A stretch of 61,733 nt of DNA, filler included, from Choristocarpus tenellus KU-1152 (GCA_964200185.2; 9 parts of 9 records of this genome joined end to end with filler, not necessarily neighbours in it); one strand, 5' to 3'; shown: positions 37,140 to 50,120, counted from the first letter of the whole stretch. Translations and numbers: made by a program. The notes: a model not told the origin generated them from the sequence alone.

Positions 37140-38105
37140 ATGTGTTGAAAGTCACGAGTAAGCTCCGTTTCAACACTATCCAAAGTTTTAAGTTGTCAGC
37201 ATGACATCATGCAATGCATTGTTAGCAACATTGCTCGAAGTATTGTGATTCAACTCCACGTTTTAAGACATCGCACGTAATATATATGTATGTATATTGT
37301 GTCAAAAAATGCAACTATATTATGCCATTGGCATAGAGAGTGTGCGGAGTCAAAGAACAGCCGATTTCAAAAATTGCAGTCATAGGTGTCTGATGTTGCT
37401 GCCCGTTTGGCATGCATCATGTAAGAGTGGAGCTGAATGTTAGCGAGGGGAGCAACTGAATGAACACAAGACACATGAGCGACCAGCATTGGCCAAAGGA
37501 GTGCAAAGTAGCACAAAGAAATTTGACAACTAATGGACAAAATACACATTGGTTGCCTTTTTTTTTTTATCTTTTCTATTCGATTATGTATAATCCATGG
37601 CATGCATCTAAGATTCATGTCGCTATCAACCGTTTCACGGCAGCGTAAAAATCATTCTTTGTCGCCTCTGCAGGCCTCCAGGAGACCCAGGCAGGCGTCA
37701 TCCAGCAAGTCCAGCACCGTATCAAATCCCTGCGTTGGAGAAAAGACACGACAAATATGAGAACAAAACATGCAATTTTTTTTTTTCTAGCCAATTAGTC
37801 CGTTGAATAACAATTTGTTGACATCACGAACTGTCTATCTTCAAGGGTTAGGGTTCACTCAAAGATGAAATTCGCAAGAATCTGCTGGTTCTGGTCGGCT
37901 CAGTTTGTCCATGGCATGCCTTAGGCGAAAATGCTGATAAAATACATAGAGAGTGCCTCTCAGTGTAATCATTTTAATTGGTAGTGTATTTGAACCCCTT
38001 TAAATGCCACTCCCCGTGTAGACATTTGTCATTTAGATCTCCCAGGCTTAATCTCCACTCACCTCCCACCCGCTGCATTTCTTGCCTGCCTTATGTTCTG
38101 GACAG

Positions 38106-40568
38106 AGTCTCTCCGAGGGGAAGGCATGCATCCGCAGTCTTGTTGGTGAGCAGAGGGCATGGGGGAATGATGTAAGTATGCAGGCAAGTATTATCTGAGA
38201 AATAAAGTTTCCATAACCTGCATGCCCTATGTGTGAAGGCGGTGCTTTAGTTCCTGTATCTTGTCAAGTTGCTGAGATACATAGGTTCTAAGTACACAAG
38301 GATTAATATACCCCCTAACCAAATAGTTCATACAAAAATAGATCTATACATATTTTCATTGGACCACAGAAATAAAATAGTTCGACCAATGTTAATGGGG
38401 GCATAGCCTGTTTATTTTGTTTTTTTATTAATCTTACCCTGCACCCCTTATTACCAACTGATCTCCTCTCTGTCACAGGTACCTTACCAGAATGTCAATG
38501 ACCCTCAAAAGCACAAGAACGAGCATACTCAGCAAAGTCGCCATATTGCACCTACCTCTACATCTGGTCAGGCAGAAAGTATTCCGTTGACCCTGGGCAT
38601 AGACGAGGGTGATGAGCGGAACACAGCAATAGGTGATGTGTGTGGCACGTTTGAAAGTAAATATTTAGGGGGTGATGATGAACATAACCCAAGTGTGTTG
38701 GATCCAGGAAGGGCCACACAGCAAAGCATTTGCAGCATTGATGATATCAAAAGTGGTGCAGGGGAACTTGAGGGGGAAAGAGAACTAGACAACAGCCACG
38801 ACAGCACTTTCGGCAGTGACTGCCACAGAGCCTCTGTCAGTGATATGGACAAAGGAGACAGTGGCAACAGTAAACTCTTGGGCGTCTTCTCTCTGCAACC
38901 CACAGATAATAGCAGCATCTTTGCAAGCTCCAACAAGAGCCTAACTCTGAGTGACATCTGGTCAGACACATCGCAGGATAGTGATGAGGAGTCGATGCCA
39001 GGGACAACTGTATATAATGAGGATGGAAGCAGCAGCCTGAGGAGGGCCGGTGGTGGTGCTGGTGGTGCAGGTCTTGAAAGTGGTAGTACCTTTTCTGAAG
39101 ACAGTATGGAAGACTGTGGAAGCTATGTGGCAGAGAGGGTGAGTGTACGTGTGCTTTTGAAGTAGTTGTATGCACTTATGCATTGGGCTATGGAGTGCAG
39201 AAGACTTACCTTTTGAAGGCTGTACTTGTGGGCAGACAAAGAGGGGTGAAAGTGCAGTGGTGTAGTGAACTGAACCATGTTTCTCTGATGAGCACTGTAT
39301 TTTATCCCTATACTCACTATAGTTTACAGGATAACAAGTTATTACACTGCTATCTCGGATTTGAAGGACTTGAACGGAGAAAGGAGATTAGAAAAAATAT
39401 CAATTCAGAGCAGGTCAAATACTTGTTTTGTGCCCCTAGTTCATAAGCACAAATTCCGTTCCAGGAAATTCGCCCTCTGTGATCGCCCATGACGGGAACT
39501 TTACGAGTTGCCCAGGAAACTCAGGGCAGCTAGAATAATGGTTAACCATGTCACATCGCTGTTTTATGAGTTTGAAACGCTGAGAAAATTTGATTTCACA
39601 GGAATATATAAGCAAGGTGTTTCCATCTTGATATGTTATCAAGCTGCTGAGATCCATAGACTTCTTTCTATGCAAAGATCAGTGAATCCCCCAAGGAAAC
39701 CACCTTTAGATCTGTATGAATTGCATGGGCATACTAAGTACAAAGAAATGCCATTAACGTAAGCTGCACCCTCCTCCTTGACCTTGTTCTACATCTGGGC
39801 ATGTCGTTTTTGCTTCAATTTCCAATGTCACAAGACACTAGCCTTCCTCGCCTCCACTTTTGCCGATTGATCTCTCTGTCATAGGTATCTGGCCAGACTG
39901 CCAATGACCCTCAAAAGCACAAAAACGAGCATACTCAGCCTAGTCGCCATATTGCACCTACTTTTGGTCAGGCAGTAGGCATTCCGTTGACCCTGGGCAT
40001 TGCTGAGAGTGATGAGCGGAACACAGCAATAGGTGATGTGTGTGGCATGCTTGGAAGTAAATCGTTGGGGGGTGATGAAAAACATGAACCGAGTTTGTTG
40101 AATCCAGGAAGGGTCACACAGCAAAGCATTTACAGCATTGATGTTGCCAAAAGTGGCGAGGGGGAACTTGAGGGGGAAAGAAGGTTAGACGACAGCCACG
40201 GCAGCACATTCAGCAGTGACTGCCACAAAGCCTCTATTAGTGATATGGACAAAGGAGACAGTGGCAACAGTAAACTCTTGGGCGGTTTCTCCCTGCAACC
40301 CACAGATAATAGCATCACCACTCATCCCAATGTAACAAGCATCTTTACAAGCTCCAACAAGAGCCTAACACTGAGCGACATCTGGTCAGACACATCACAG
40401 GATAGTGATGAGGAGTTAGTGCTAGGGGCAATTGTACATAGTGAGGATGGCAGCGGTAGCCTGAGGGGGGCTGGTGGTGGTGGTGGTGGTGCTAGTGGTG
40501 GTCTTGAAAGGTGTAGTATTTTTTCTCAAGACTGCAGGGAAGACTATGGAGGCGGTGTGGCAGAGAGG
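38106..40568 (+). CDS. Unknown S/D/G-rich protein with a tandemly duplicated large exon (partial)
   Basis: Phase-0 exons 38106-38171, 38479-39138 (660 nt) and 39885-40568 (684 nt). The two large exons are paralogous, stop-free and bounded by AG and GTGAGT. Confidence 0.7.
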
Positions 40569-41279
40569 GTGAGTGTATGTGTGCATTTGAAGTATGAATG
40601 TGTGCGTGTATGCATGTATGTATGCATTGGAACAATGGAGAACAGAAGACTTACCCTATGAAGGCTGTACTTGGGCAGACAGGGAGAGACATGGATGCAG
40701 TAGCATATCAAAATGATGTTGCTATTCGATTGAGCTAGTGAGACGCGTTCAAATGCCTAATCTGTTCGACTACTTGCAACGTACGTACTACACACCGAAA
40801 TAATAAACCAGAAGTTGATATATTCTTATAGATAAATAATAATAAAATAGTTGTCCTTTTAATTCAGATATATATTCATCATATTCCTTTTGAAAAAACA
40901 CACAGTATCAAACATTTTTAGGTAATAATTATAATATCTTAGAAAATAAAGAGGAAAAATATAAGTAAAGATATAGCCAAGATCGCGGTCTGTCTTGAAA
41001 TTGTGTTGGACTACCGAGGGAGGGTGAAAGAACTTGTAAAATGTTGTCATTGCACTCAGAACTATTTGATGGTTTGCAGAAAGATGCTGCATGTGACCCT
41101 TAAGCCACACACCGGAATATGAACCACTCCAGGGATCTTAGGTCGCTGACCCCACCTTGGGAATTGACTGTGTGTATTTTTGCATTTTGGGAGTGTTAAA
41201 CCTTCACAGCCAATGTTTCTTACCTTGCTAAATTATCCACTGTTTTTCCGCACTCTGTTGGTCGTAGACTTGAAAAAAT

Positions 41280-41336
41280 GGCTCAAAGTATCTGGGAGGG
41301 GGTGGCGGCTGTCCATTTGGGGTCAATTTTTTCATG
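41280..41336 (-). mobile_element. MITE family B, partial at contig end
   Basis: GGCTCAAAGTATCTGGGAGGGG..GGCTGTCCATTTGGGG. Confidence 0.85.
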
Positions 41337-41455
41337 NNNNNNNNNNNNNNNNNNNNNNNNNNNNNNNNNNNNNNNNNNNNTTAATTAATTAANNNNNNNN
41401 NNNNNNNNNNNNNNNNNNNNNNNNNNNNNNNNNNNNAATTTCGAGAATTGGTTGG

Positions 41456-41629
41456 AGGGGGGGGGGTGGGGGGGGGGATCTACACCAGGGTAGGGTGTCC
41501 GTTCAGGGCCTGCCCAGGAGAACTTACATTATCCATCTGACGCATGTAACCAAATCACCCAGAGATCGCGACATGGAAAAATGGGCCCCAAATGGACAGC
41601 CGCCACCCCCCTTTAGATACTAACGAGCC
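41456..41629 (+). mobile_element. MITE family B, near-complete diverged copy at contig start
   Basis: Poly-G, TCTACACCAGG, AACCAAATCACCCA, CCCCAAATGGACAGCC and a terminal GAGCC. Confidence 0.8.
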
Positions 41630-42479
41630 TGGCTCATTTACTAATGAACCTCAAAAGGGCCAGTCCAGTGTCTTGGTGTGTTCATTTGATACCTATAAAA
41701 CACACCAAGACAAGTTAAAAACAAATAATGGGATGTCATCTCTTTCAACATTACTGTTGGGATACTACAGTTATAATCCAGAATTTTTTGAAAGGGGAAC
41801 ATGTCCTGCTTTTTGGAGGATGCGCCACCGGACCCTATTGCTACACTCCAGAACCCTAAAAAAACAAAACAGTAGCATCAGGTTTAAAAAAATCTTTCAC
41901 AACCAAGGAGAGTGTGGTACACTAACATACCCCACAAAAGAGTTCTAGGCAGATCTACACAATCTTTGCAGTCCTCATGAAAAACACTCTCATCCAGAGT
42001 AAACCAATAAACCAACAAGACCTTCCATATACAGGGGAATCAAAACACCCTTTATGCACGCAGAACCTTGCCAGGTATCAGTCGCCCGAGACCTGCAACG
42101 CCTACGAATCAATCCAAAAAATTGACACACCCCATCACGTACATCAAATCACTTCACACCTAACTCCCAAACCAGTAACATTTCTCTGCACTGGAGCTTC
42201 CACCTGTTCCATCCATGTAACTCCAGGACAAAAACTTTCAAGACAAAACTTTCAAGACAAAACCGATCCTCCACGATAAAAAGAAACAGAAATATTTTCA
42301 ATCCAAATGTTTGAAGTTCATCAGCGCTAGTCACCTGTACTAGCTTAGTGGCAACAAAGTGGAGGCCGGGGCGGGGGCAGAGGGAGTGTTTGGCATGCAT
42401 AAAACAAGGTCAACAGCACGTCACAACTGCATATACATTAGTTATATTTATATGTATTTATTATTATTTCTTTGTTCAC

Positions 42480-44102
42480 CTTGGCCTCATCAGACACCCC
42501 ACTCCAATACTCGGAGTGGAATTTGAAACTTCCAGCCTTGATCTTTCGGAAGAGGCGTGTTTGGTTCTCGTCGTGGAAGGGGGGGTACCCCCCAAGAAGG
42601 ATATAGATGATCACGCCAACACTCCACATGTCCACAGACTGTCACCCGGGCAAGAACATACAAATTGGTCGTCAGGGGGGCGAGGGGGGGGGGATGCGGA
42701 CAAAGAGTAGTCACAGACAATGAGAACAATAACAGTGATGATAATAATAGTAACACTAACTGGCAGCAAATAACAAAAATGAAAGCACTACAGGGTCAAT
42801 CAGCAGGGAAGGATTGTGACAACCAGCGGAGAGGCTCCTGAGAGAAATTTCTGAAAGAAAACACTGCAAACTGCGGGGAATGCTCCCTCACAACAACAAA
42901 AAGAGTAAGCTCAGAACCAGTAGCTCTTCTTATCCGAGTTGTTTCTAGACTAATTGTTCTAGACTAGACACAAGAATTTCTTTGGGGCAGTACTTGAAAC
43001 GTCTCTATATAAACAATCACTAACACGACCCTCAGCTACAGTACTCAAAATAAACAGTATTAATTCATACCACTAAACCCTTGGAGTATGCAACATTATT
43101 GTGTTGGGAATCAAACGCACTATCCGTAGGGTCCTAATGCAAGGCCAACCCCTCCGCCCCCCTCTCCCCCCACGAAAGACATCAACCGGCGACCACAGCA
43201 GACCTACCCTCCCTAACCCTAACCCTACCTCACACAAAGAGTATAATAATAGTGCAGCAGGAAGGCTGTAGAGGTTTTCTTTTCCGCATGTCAATAAAGA
43301 TGTGAACCAGACACGGCCCTGTAAGAATTGGAAAACACTTAAGAAAAAAAAAATCGATTGCGGTACTCTCTTCACTGAACAAAAAAGTCAAGTCAAAACA
43401 AAGCCATTAAAGCACTCGTGGAGAAATATCAGCCAGTCTCAGATCAACTTCAAAACAGAAAAGTTACATCAACACACAAACACAAACACAAACACACACA
43501 CACACACACACAAACACATTCGAACAAATTAGTTCTTAGCAAAACCCTAACCCTAACATTACCCTCCCCACGTATCTCTACTTCACGAGACTTAAACGCC
43601 TTCCGGCCCTACAGAAACACCACCAAAAACAATCACCAATTCAACAAAAATAAAAAAACAAAAATACCACAGAAGCTGACGCCAGCAAAAACCCCAATAA
43701 AGTGAGAGCAGCACCTCACCCTAACCCCCAACCCCCAACTTCCAACCCCCGACCCCACTCTCCTCTCCCTTGGTAACAGTTTTCGCATGCCAACTGTTGC
43801 ATAGTGCCCTTCCCACACACTGTAACTGTTGCACTACACCATACCGTGTCGTAAGGTGTATTGGTCAAGATCTCCGGCGCCACATATCCAGGGGTACCAC
43901 ACTGCTCTCGTAGCAGTCCATCACGAACACTACGGGCAAAGCCAAAGTCCGCCAGCTTGACATTGGCATCATCATTCTTCGAGGCCAGGAGCAGGTTCTC
44001 CGGCTTGAGATCCCGGTGTACTATCCCCTGATCGTGGCAGTACTTTATTGCCCCCAGGAGAATCCGACAGAGGTCACGCGCTTCTTTCTCATTGTAAACA
44101 GA
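42480..44102 (-). CDS. CaMK-family Ser/Thr protein kinase (two internal exons)
   Basis: Exon 44102-43845: YNEKEARD, HRDLKPENLLL, KLADFGFA, CGTPGYVAPE. Exon 42638-42480: VDMWSVGVIIYILLGGYPPF...WSGVSDEAK. Both are phase 0 with GT-AG sites. Confidence 0.95.
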
Positions 44103-44142
44103 CTAGAAAAAAAAAATAATAATTGAGAAAATAACAAAAAAA

Positions 44143-44146
<4 letters not shown>

Positions 44147-44175
<29 letters not shown>
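44147..44175. repeat. (GA)n microsatellite
   Basis: Pure GA run. Confidence 0.9.
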
Positions 44176-44178
<3 letters not shown>

Positions 44179-45177
44179 TTAGCACAGACGATATTGCAGA
44201 TTGGAACACATCGAATGGTGACACCACCAAACAGCAACGGACAAGACGTAGAGACAGGCACGCCGGTGTTTGAGGGTGGGGGTGGGGGGGGTACTTTATG
44301 CTACTGATACTACATGTTCTGGCGGTGAGGATGCAACGAGATCTGTTCTGTCTGAAACTTGAAACATCAGGGGGTGTTTTATTCACTACATATTCACCGG
44401 CAGCCCACCTGCAAAAAAAGAAATTGACAAGAGTCTGAGTCTTGTGCACAACTCAGACTCATCTTCTCATCTTCTAGGGGTTTTGAATAAAAAGGGGGGC
44501 GGGGGGGGGGGGGGGGGTAGCCATCAAAGTTAGTGTTTGGATGGGTAGATTGGTATTAGACCACAATGATACTGTTTAGAAGTGTAGATGTTTATTGATG
44601 TTTATTGATGGGATGTAAGAGTCTTTCTTTGCAGTATTTTTGAACGAACAAGAATCCTTCGTTAGATACAAGTGAGTACATACGTACATACATACAAAAC
44701 CATCATTTCACTATTCACGCAACTGAGGTACTTCACGCCCGCCCCCCCCCCCCGCCCGCCCATCCTTTTTCTTCCTTTTCCACAATACTGCCGAAACAAC
44801 AGCCAACCTTACTCCATTTTTGACAAGGCTCTCCAACAAAAGTGGGCAACATCGATGCTATTGCGGTGGACGAAATGTCTCTTATGGTCAAACTCCCTGT
44901 TCTTTCACACCGTCTCCCAAATAAGGGTCAACCCGAGGACTCGGGAAAGGCAATAAATAAAAAAAAACGAACAGCCGAGAGGCGTTTGTTTACTCGAAAA
45001 AAAAAGAGAGACAAAACTGAGTAGGCCCCACGCACACCACCCTGGACATCCAAGACTATGTGGACTTCAAATGATCCATAGAAACAAAAAAGAAGACTAC
45101 AGGCAGCGAGAACTGAGGACTGTGTGCGGGGAGGCGTGTGTGCGGAGTACGCTAGTAACATAAATACAACGGCGGTC

Positions 45178-45292
45178 TCACACATAGAAACATATCATGC
45201 TCACACATAGAAACATATCATGCTCACACATAGAAACATATTATGCTCACACATAGAAACATATCATGCTCACACATAGAAACATATCATGC
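45178..45292. repeat. 23-bp tandem repeat x5
   Basis: Unit TCACACATAGAAACATATCATGC. Confidence 0.95.
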
Positions 45293-46383
45293 ACCGTTCA
45301 AATAAGCACTCACGTCCTCAGAGACGAGCATGCGTGCACGGAATGGTGTCGAGACGTTAAAAAAAATATATATTTTAAGTAGAATAGAAGTTACTCCCAA
45401 AAGGTGTAAGGAAAATCAAATAAGTACCATCTTTGAAAAAAAAATAATTGATGAGGAGATTGAGAAACCGAGGGTTAGGGCACGCGATTGCGTCATGTCA
45501 CATCGTTGTGTCTTATTCTTTTATTAATGTTACACACACACACACACACGGAGTGTAACCTCCCCTTGCTGACCCTGCTATCACTATTTAAGTCATCTGC
45601 GGTCATGAACCAAAATATTATTGGAGATTGGACCTGTGAAGGGAGTTAAAAAAAAAATTAAAGGAGGTTTGAATAGTTGAAACACAGGAGTGAGTGTTTC
45701 TGGGGTCCCCAGGGAAGGTCGGCACACCTTGGATAGTGTAGCACTCAACCCTAACCCTAGCATGATCCTAGAACGTTTTCCCATATTTGACTTGGTTGAC
45801 AGTTACAATATCTGAGGTGTAAAGGTCTGTAGGGTTAGCATCAGGTGTGTGTGCGTGTGTATGTGTATGATTTTCCAGGGCGCATAGATGACAAAAAAAA
45901 AGAATACGTAAAACATAAAAAAAGGGACAGGTCACGATTCTTCAAGGCTGTTGTGTTGTAAGGCATGCCTTTTCCATGGGGTTACTAACATAGTAATAAG
46001 GAGAACATGGATTTCAAGTCAGTCCCTATATTGCCAAGCTTACCCCTCTTTCAACTTTGAGATCAGCAAGATAATTTTTTTAATTCAATCGTGGCTAAAT
46101 GTTCTGCAAGTAGCAGGATTGTCATGTCAGTACACAAATCCTGCATGTTGCATGTTAATGTTAACACAATTCACTGTTTTAGGACCGGGACTATAATGGA
46201 ATGAATGTACAGTCGTAACGCATGGTATGGATGGGGGAGAGAAAATGTCATACAGCATCAACCCCTTCCCCCCCCCCCCCCCCNNNNNNNNNNNNNNNNN
46301 NNNNNNNNNNNNNNNNNNNNNNNNNNNTTAATTAATTAANNNNNNNNNNNNNNNNNNNNNNNNNNNNNNNNNNNNNNNNNNNN

Positions 46384-46439
46384 TGGCCGAAACGGACGCC
46401 CCATCACAAACCACCCCCTCCCCCAAGATACTTTGACCC
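46384..46439 (+). mobile_element. Partial MITE-type right end (family-B-like)
   Basis: AAACGGAC...CCCCCAAGATACTTTGACCC at contig start. Confidence 0.55.
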
Positions 46440-46468
46440 CAAAATCGAAAGACTATTCCCCCACACAC

Positions 46469-48701
46469 CTTGACGTGGCCTTTGTGATGTAGAACGGTCT
46501 CCACTTCACGAATGTTGACAGACAGGGTATTGATCCTGATGTCCCCTCCTGTTCGAATTTCTCCTCGAACTTGGTGTAGACATCCTCATCTGTCCCAATC
46601 TGTGACCTGTTGTGACGTCGGTTGCACGATGTATACGTAGTGTAATGTCACAGTTTTATTGGAGGGTGAACATGTTACACAATGATTAATGCATAAAGTG
46701 TCGAGGGTGGATACGCGCAATATTTGTGAGGATGACACTCGCTAGTGTAGAGTTCCTCTGAGCGTGTTGTTGGCACAGTGCATCGGGCGGCAAACTCTCT
46801 TCTTGTTCGTATGCGGGTGTATGTAGTGCATTCCCTGATTGGAATAATGAAATGTGACCGGATCGTGGGGCATGGCGGTGCTGTTGCTCTACCATACGGT
46901 GATACCCAGAACATGTGTATCAGGATGCTGTATATCGAACTGTTGCGAGGAGCTGTCCCTTGTCATGTCGAACACTCTTGGTCTGCCGTTTTGTGTGAGG
47001 TAACGATGGGAGATGTGGGGCGTGTGTCGGTTGTGCAGCAGAACATGAGGGATCATCCGGGCATCCCTGTTAGTGATGAAATGGTTTTAGACATACGGTG
47101 GATGTGTTTGCCCAGGGGCCAAGTTTTGTGTGTCACACCGTTGATGGTTGCGGAAAATGAACTTCCATACCTGTGGGCGGTGCCTTGAGTAAAGTTGTGA
47201 GGGGCGTGTGTGTTGGAACTGGGAGACAATCCCCCAGTGTCATCTGCAGCCGATGCGGAGAGGCTCGCCTGTCGCCGCATGCCTCGCATGAATTCCGTTC
47301 GTTTTTTGGCGGATGACCTTAGTGTGTCGATGTTGATGTCGTATTTTCGCTGTGACGGACAGAAGGGGTTGAACGTCGATGTCACCCCGTCATCGCCTAT
47401 TTCGACATCAGGAGCGATGCCGACAAGGATGGATTTGTGCATTGGCGGGTATGCTCGGTGCTAAGATCTTTCTTTACACATTAGAGGAATGTGTAAAACT
47501 GGAGATCAGGCATAGACTCTCGTTGTTCCCGAGCCAACACAACTTGCAGTGCGCTTGCCAACGGTGCAAATCTGCTTTTCTCATCCAACAACGAAGAGGC
47601 AAGGTTGTTCCAAGTGCGGCCGCTTCCTTCCATTGCTTCTGAACCATCGTGGTTGACAAACATGGAGAGGAAGAGGTCCATTATCTGGTCCGTTTTGGAT
47701 TTCTTCCACGAACGGGTGGCACTGGTATTGGGCAGTCTCTTTAGTCCCCGCTTCCTGAGTGGGATCCAAACGAGGTTACTATATGTGTTGGGTGGGTTTA
47801 TTATTTTCCTTTGATAGTTGGGATAGATGTTCATGATACGGACATAGATAGTGCTGCATATTTGTACGGGGGAAGGGGCTTGCACAAAGTTTGGTCACGA
47901 AGTGTTACATAGAGTATGACTGTGTTGGATAACACCCCACGTTCATGAAGAAGGGTATGTTTGATTCATCGATAACCGAAACCGTCACGATCAGAATATC
48001 CTGAAGAGGTGTGTATTAGAACGCAGTCAATCGCGAGCCACACCTAGAAGGTTACGAAAACGTACGATGAAGCATGTAGGACGAAGTAGACGGGATAGTA
48101 TATTGAACGGTAGAGTGTGTATTTTGATCTGAATTTTTTTGGGAAACATTTGACAAGTGCTTGGTGGGAGTCGCCCATGACACTATTGGCGCATGTATGT
48201 ACTACATTTTGCGTGTTCTGTCGAACGGTAAACTAATGTGTACGGTGGATTTTGTGGTGGTAGGTACACTGAACATTTCATGTCATGTCGGTCAACACAT
48301 ATCCCCGCGTACGCACACTTTTGTATGCGTCCCTTTCTCTGTACTAGGGGATATGAGGTCGCCATTGAGTTTTGTGGTAAGTCGAGGGCGATGGTGTAGG
48401 AGCATGCGGCTTCGAAGAGGTTAGTATGTGGACAGTCGCAACTTTTGCCATACTTTGTTGTACCGTAAAGTATGGCGAAATTGACTTGAGGTGTGTGACT
48501 TGTGAAATGTTGGTTTAATGATCGCCGAAACTTTCGCCACACTTTGATGTAGGATAAAGTATGGCAAAAATGACTTGAGGCGTGTGACTTGAAAAAAGTT
48601 GGTATGTGGACATACGTAATTTTTGCCATACTTTGTCGAACGGTAAAGTATAGCAAAAATGTCATGAGGCGAGCAGATGAAGGAAGGGCGAAATATGACT
48701 C
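46469..48701 (-). mobile_element. Decayed intron-containing DNA transposon, probably Sola2-like (5' portion)
   Basis: Exon 46606-46469 translates to SQIGTDEDVYTKFEEKF...CLSTFVKWRPFYITKATSR, resembling the Y..F...STF..RP motif that precedes the CxC..H/N of Sola2-type transposases. Broken ORFs lie at 46675-47885. The terminus at 48701 reads GAGTCA on the minus strand, followed by subterminal hairpin repeats. Confidence 0.5.
48443..48670. repeat. Three 89-bp-period units, each with an inverted-repeat hairpin
   Basis: TTT(T/C)GCCA(T/C)ACTTT-N10-AAAGTAT(G/A)GC(G/A)AAA at 48443, 48532 and 48621, each followed by a TGACTTGAGG-like motif. Confidence 0.85.
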
Positions 48702-49601
48702 ACGATAATTTTATTATTGTGTAAGGGTGAGAGACGGTGTCAGGGTTAGGGCACAGGGCTATGGTTGGGACAGGTGCTAGGGTTGGGATCGGAAACAGAA
48801 ACCGGAATGAATATCGTTTGATTCCGATACATATCGGAACGCAGTTATCAGAGAACACGAACTTCATCGATAGGTCTCGTTCTGCTCTTGATGGGAGGAC
48901 GTGTGCGTCACCAGTTCGAAACTACGTTGGAACTAGTGAGCACCACGTCTCTCTGATTTCGATGCAATTGTGTGATCTTGGAAGGATATGGTGACCATAA
49001 GCTTCGCTATGCCTAGTATTCAAGCGCTAATCCCTCCTTCAGGTAATTAAAGAACACACAGGCTACATTGGAGTGTGTCTCACTGTGAGGGAGGCCTTGT
49101 CTTGCCTTTGGGATGTCCTCGGGTCTACTCCTCTGGAGTCCAGGAGTTCATTGCCGTTGTTAGTGAGATCCCCTAGTGGCTGGTGGGTCATCATCGTACA
49201 TCTGCGGTGCGATGGGTGTGGTCCTCTCGAAGAACTGCAACAACGATTCCTGTATATTGTCCAGGCCCGTTGGTTTGTTGTCGACAGAGTGAAGGGGTGT
49301 GGGGTTTGTCGCATATGTGGTTTGGCGAAAGTTTTATTTTTTTGTACTATAATATAATTTTAATCAACTGCAAATATATGAAAAAAAAATGCAAACTCAA
49401 AGTTTTGACCCTCTCGCACCAATGAAGAAATAACGCATGGAGATTTACATATATACATATATATACAGTACCTACCCCAATTTTGTGCACCCATGGGCAT
49501 GNNNNNNNNNNNNNNNNNNNNNNNNNNNNNNNNNNNNNNNNNNNNTTAATTAATTAANNNNNNNNNNNNNNNNNNNNNNNNNNNNNNNNNNNNNNNNNNN
49601 N

Positions 49602-49709
49602 CATTTACATTATCCATCAGACGTATGCAACCAAATCACCCAAAAACCGCCATATGAAAAAATTGACCCCAAATGGACAGCCGCCACCACCCCCCAGATA
49701 CTTTGAGCC
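49602..49709 (+). mobile_element. MITE family B, partial at contig start
   Basis: CAACCAAATCACCCAAAA...CCCCAAATGGACAGCC...CAGATACTTTGAGCC. Confidence 0.85.
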
Positions 49710-49868
49710 TGACCAGGTTGGTGACAGTTGTGGCAGTGGTGAGGTCGAGCAGTGGGAGCAAGGCTGAGAGGTCCCCAACTCAGCTTTTTTAGCCTTGCAG
49801 AGGCGCATGAGCCACTGGTTGGGATCCTCGCCAGTTTCCATCGTACAGTGCTCGGAGCGGTGATGAAC

Positions 49869-50120
49869 CAGCCAAAGTATAGGTAGAGCCGCGTCCATTT
49901 GGGGTAAAATCCAACGTTACGATTTTGATGTAATTTTGTTCATCGTGTTCGTTAGCAAGTTGTCAATATCCATGTCCTGGACACACGTTTTCATAACGTA
50001 TACATTTTACCTACTCCAAAACATTTTTGAGTAAGAGAATGTCATAAAAAAAACTCATGGGAAGCCAAGCCCCAAATGGACACACAGGGCAATACTCGTA
50101 CCCTCTAAGATACCTTACTC
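49869..50120 (+). mobile_element. MITE family A, full copy (252 bp), inserted in Copia gag
   Basis: CAGCCAAAGTAT...CCCTCTAAGATACCTTACTC; TSD GAAC. Confidence 0.88.
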
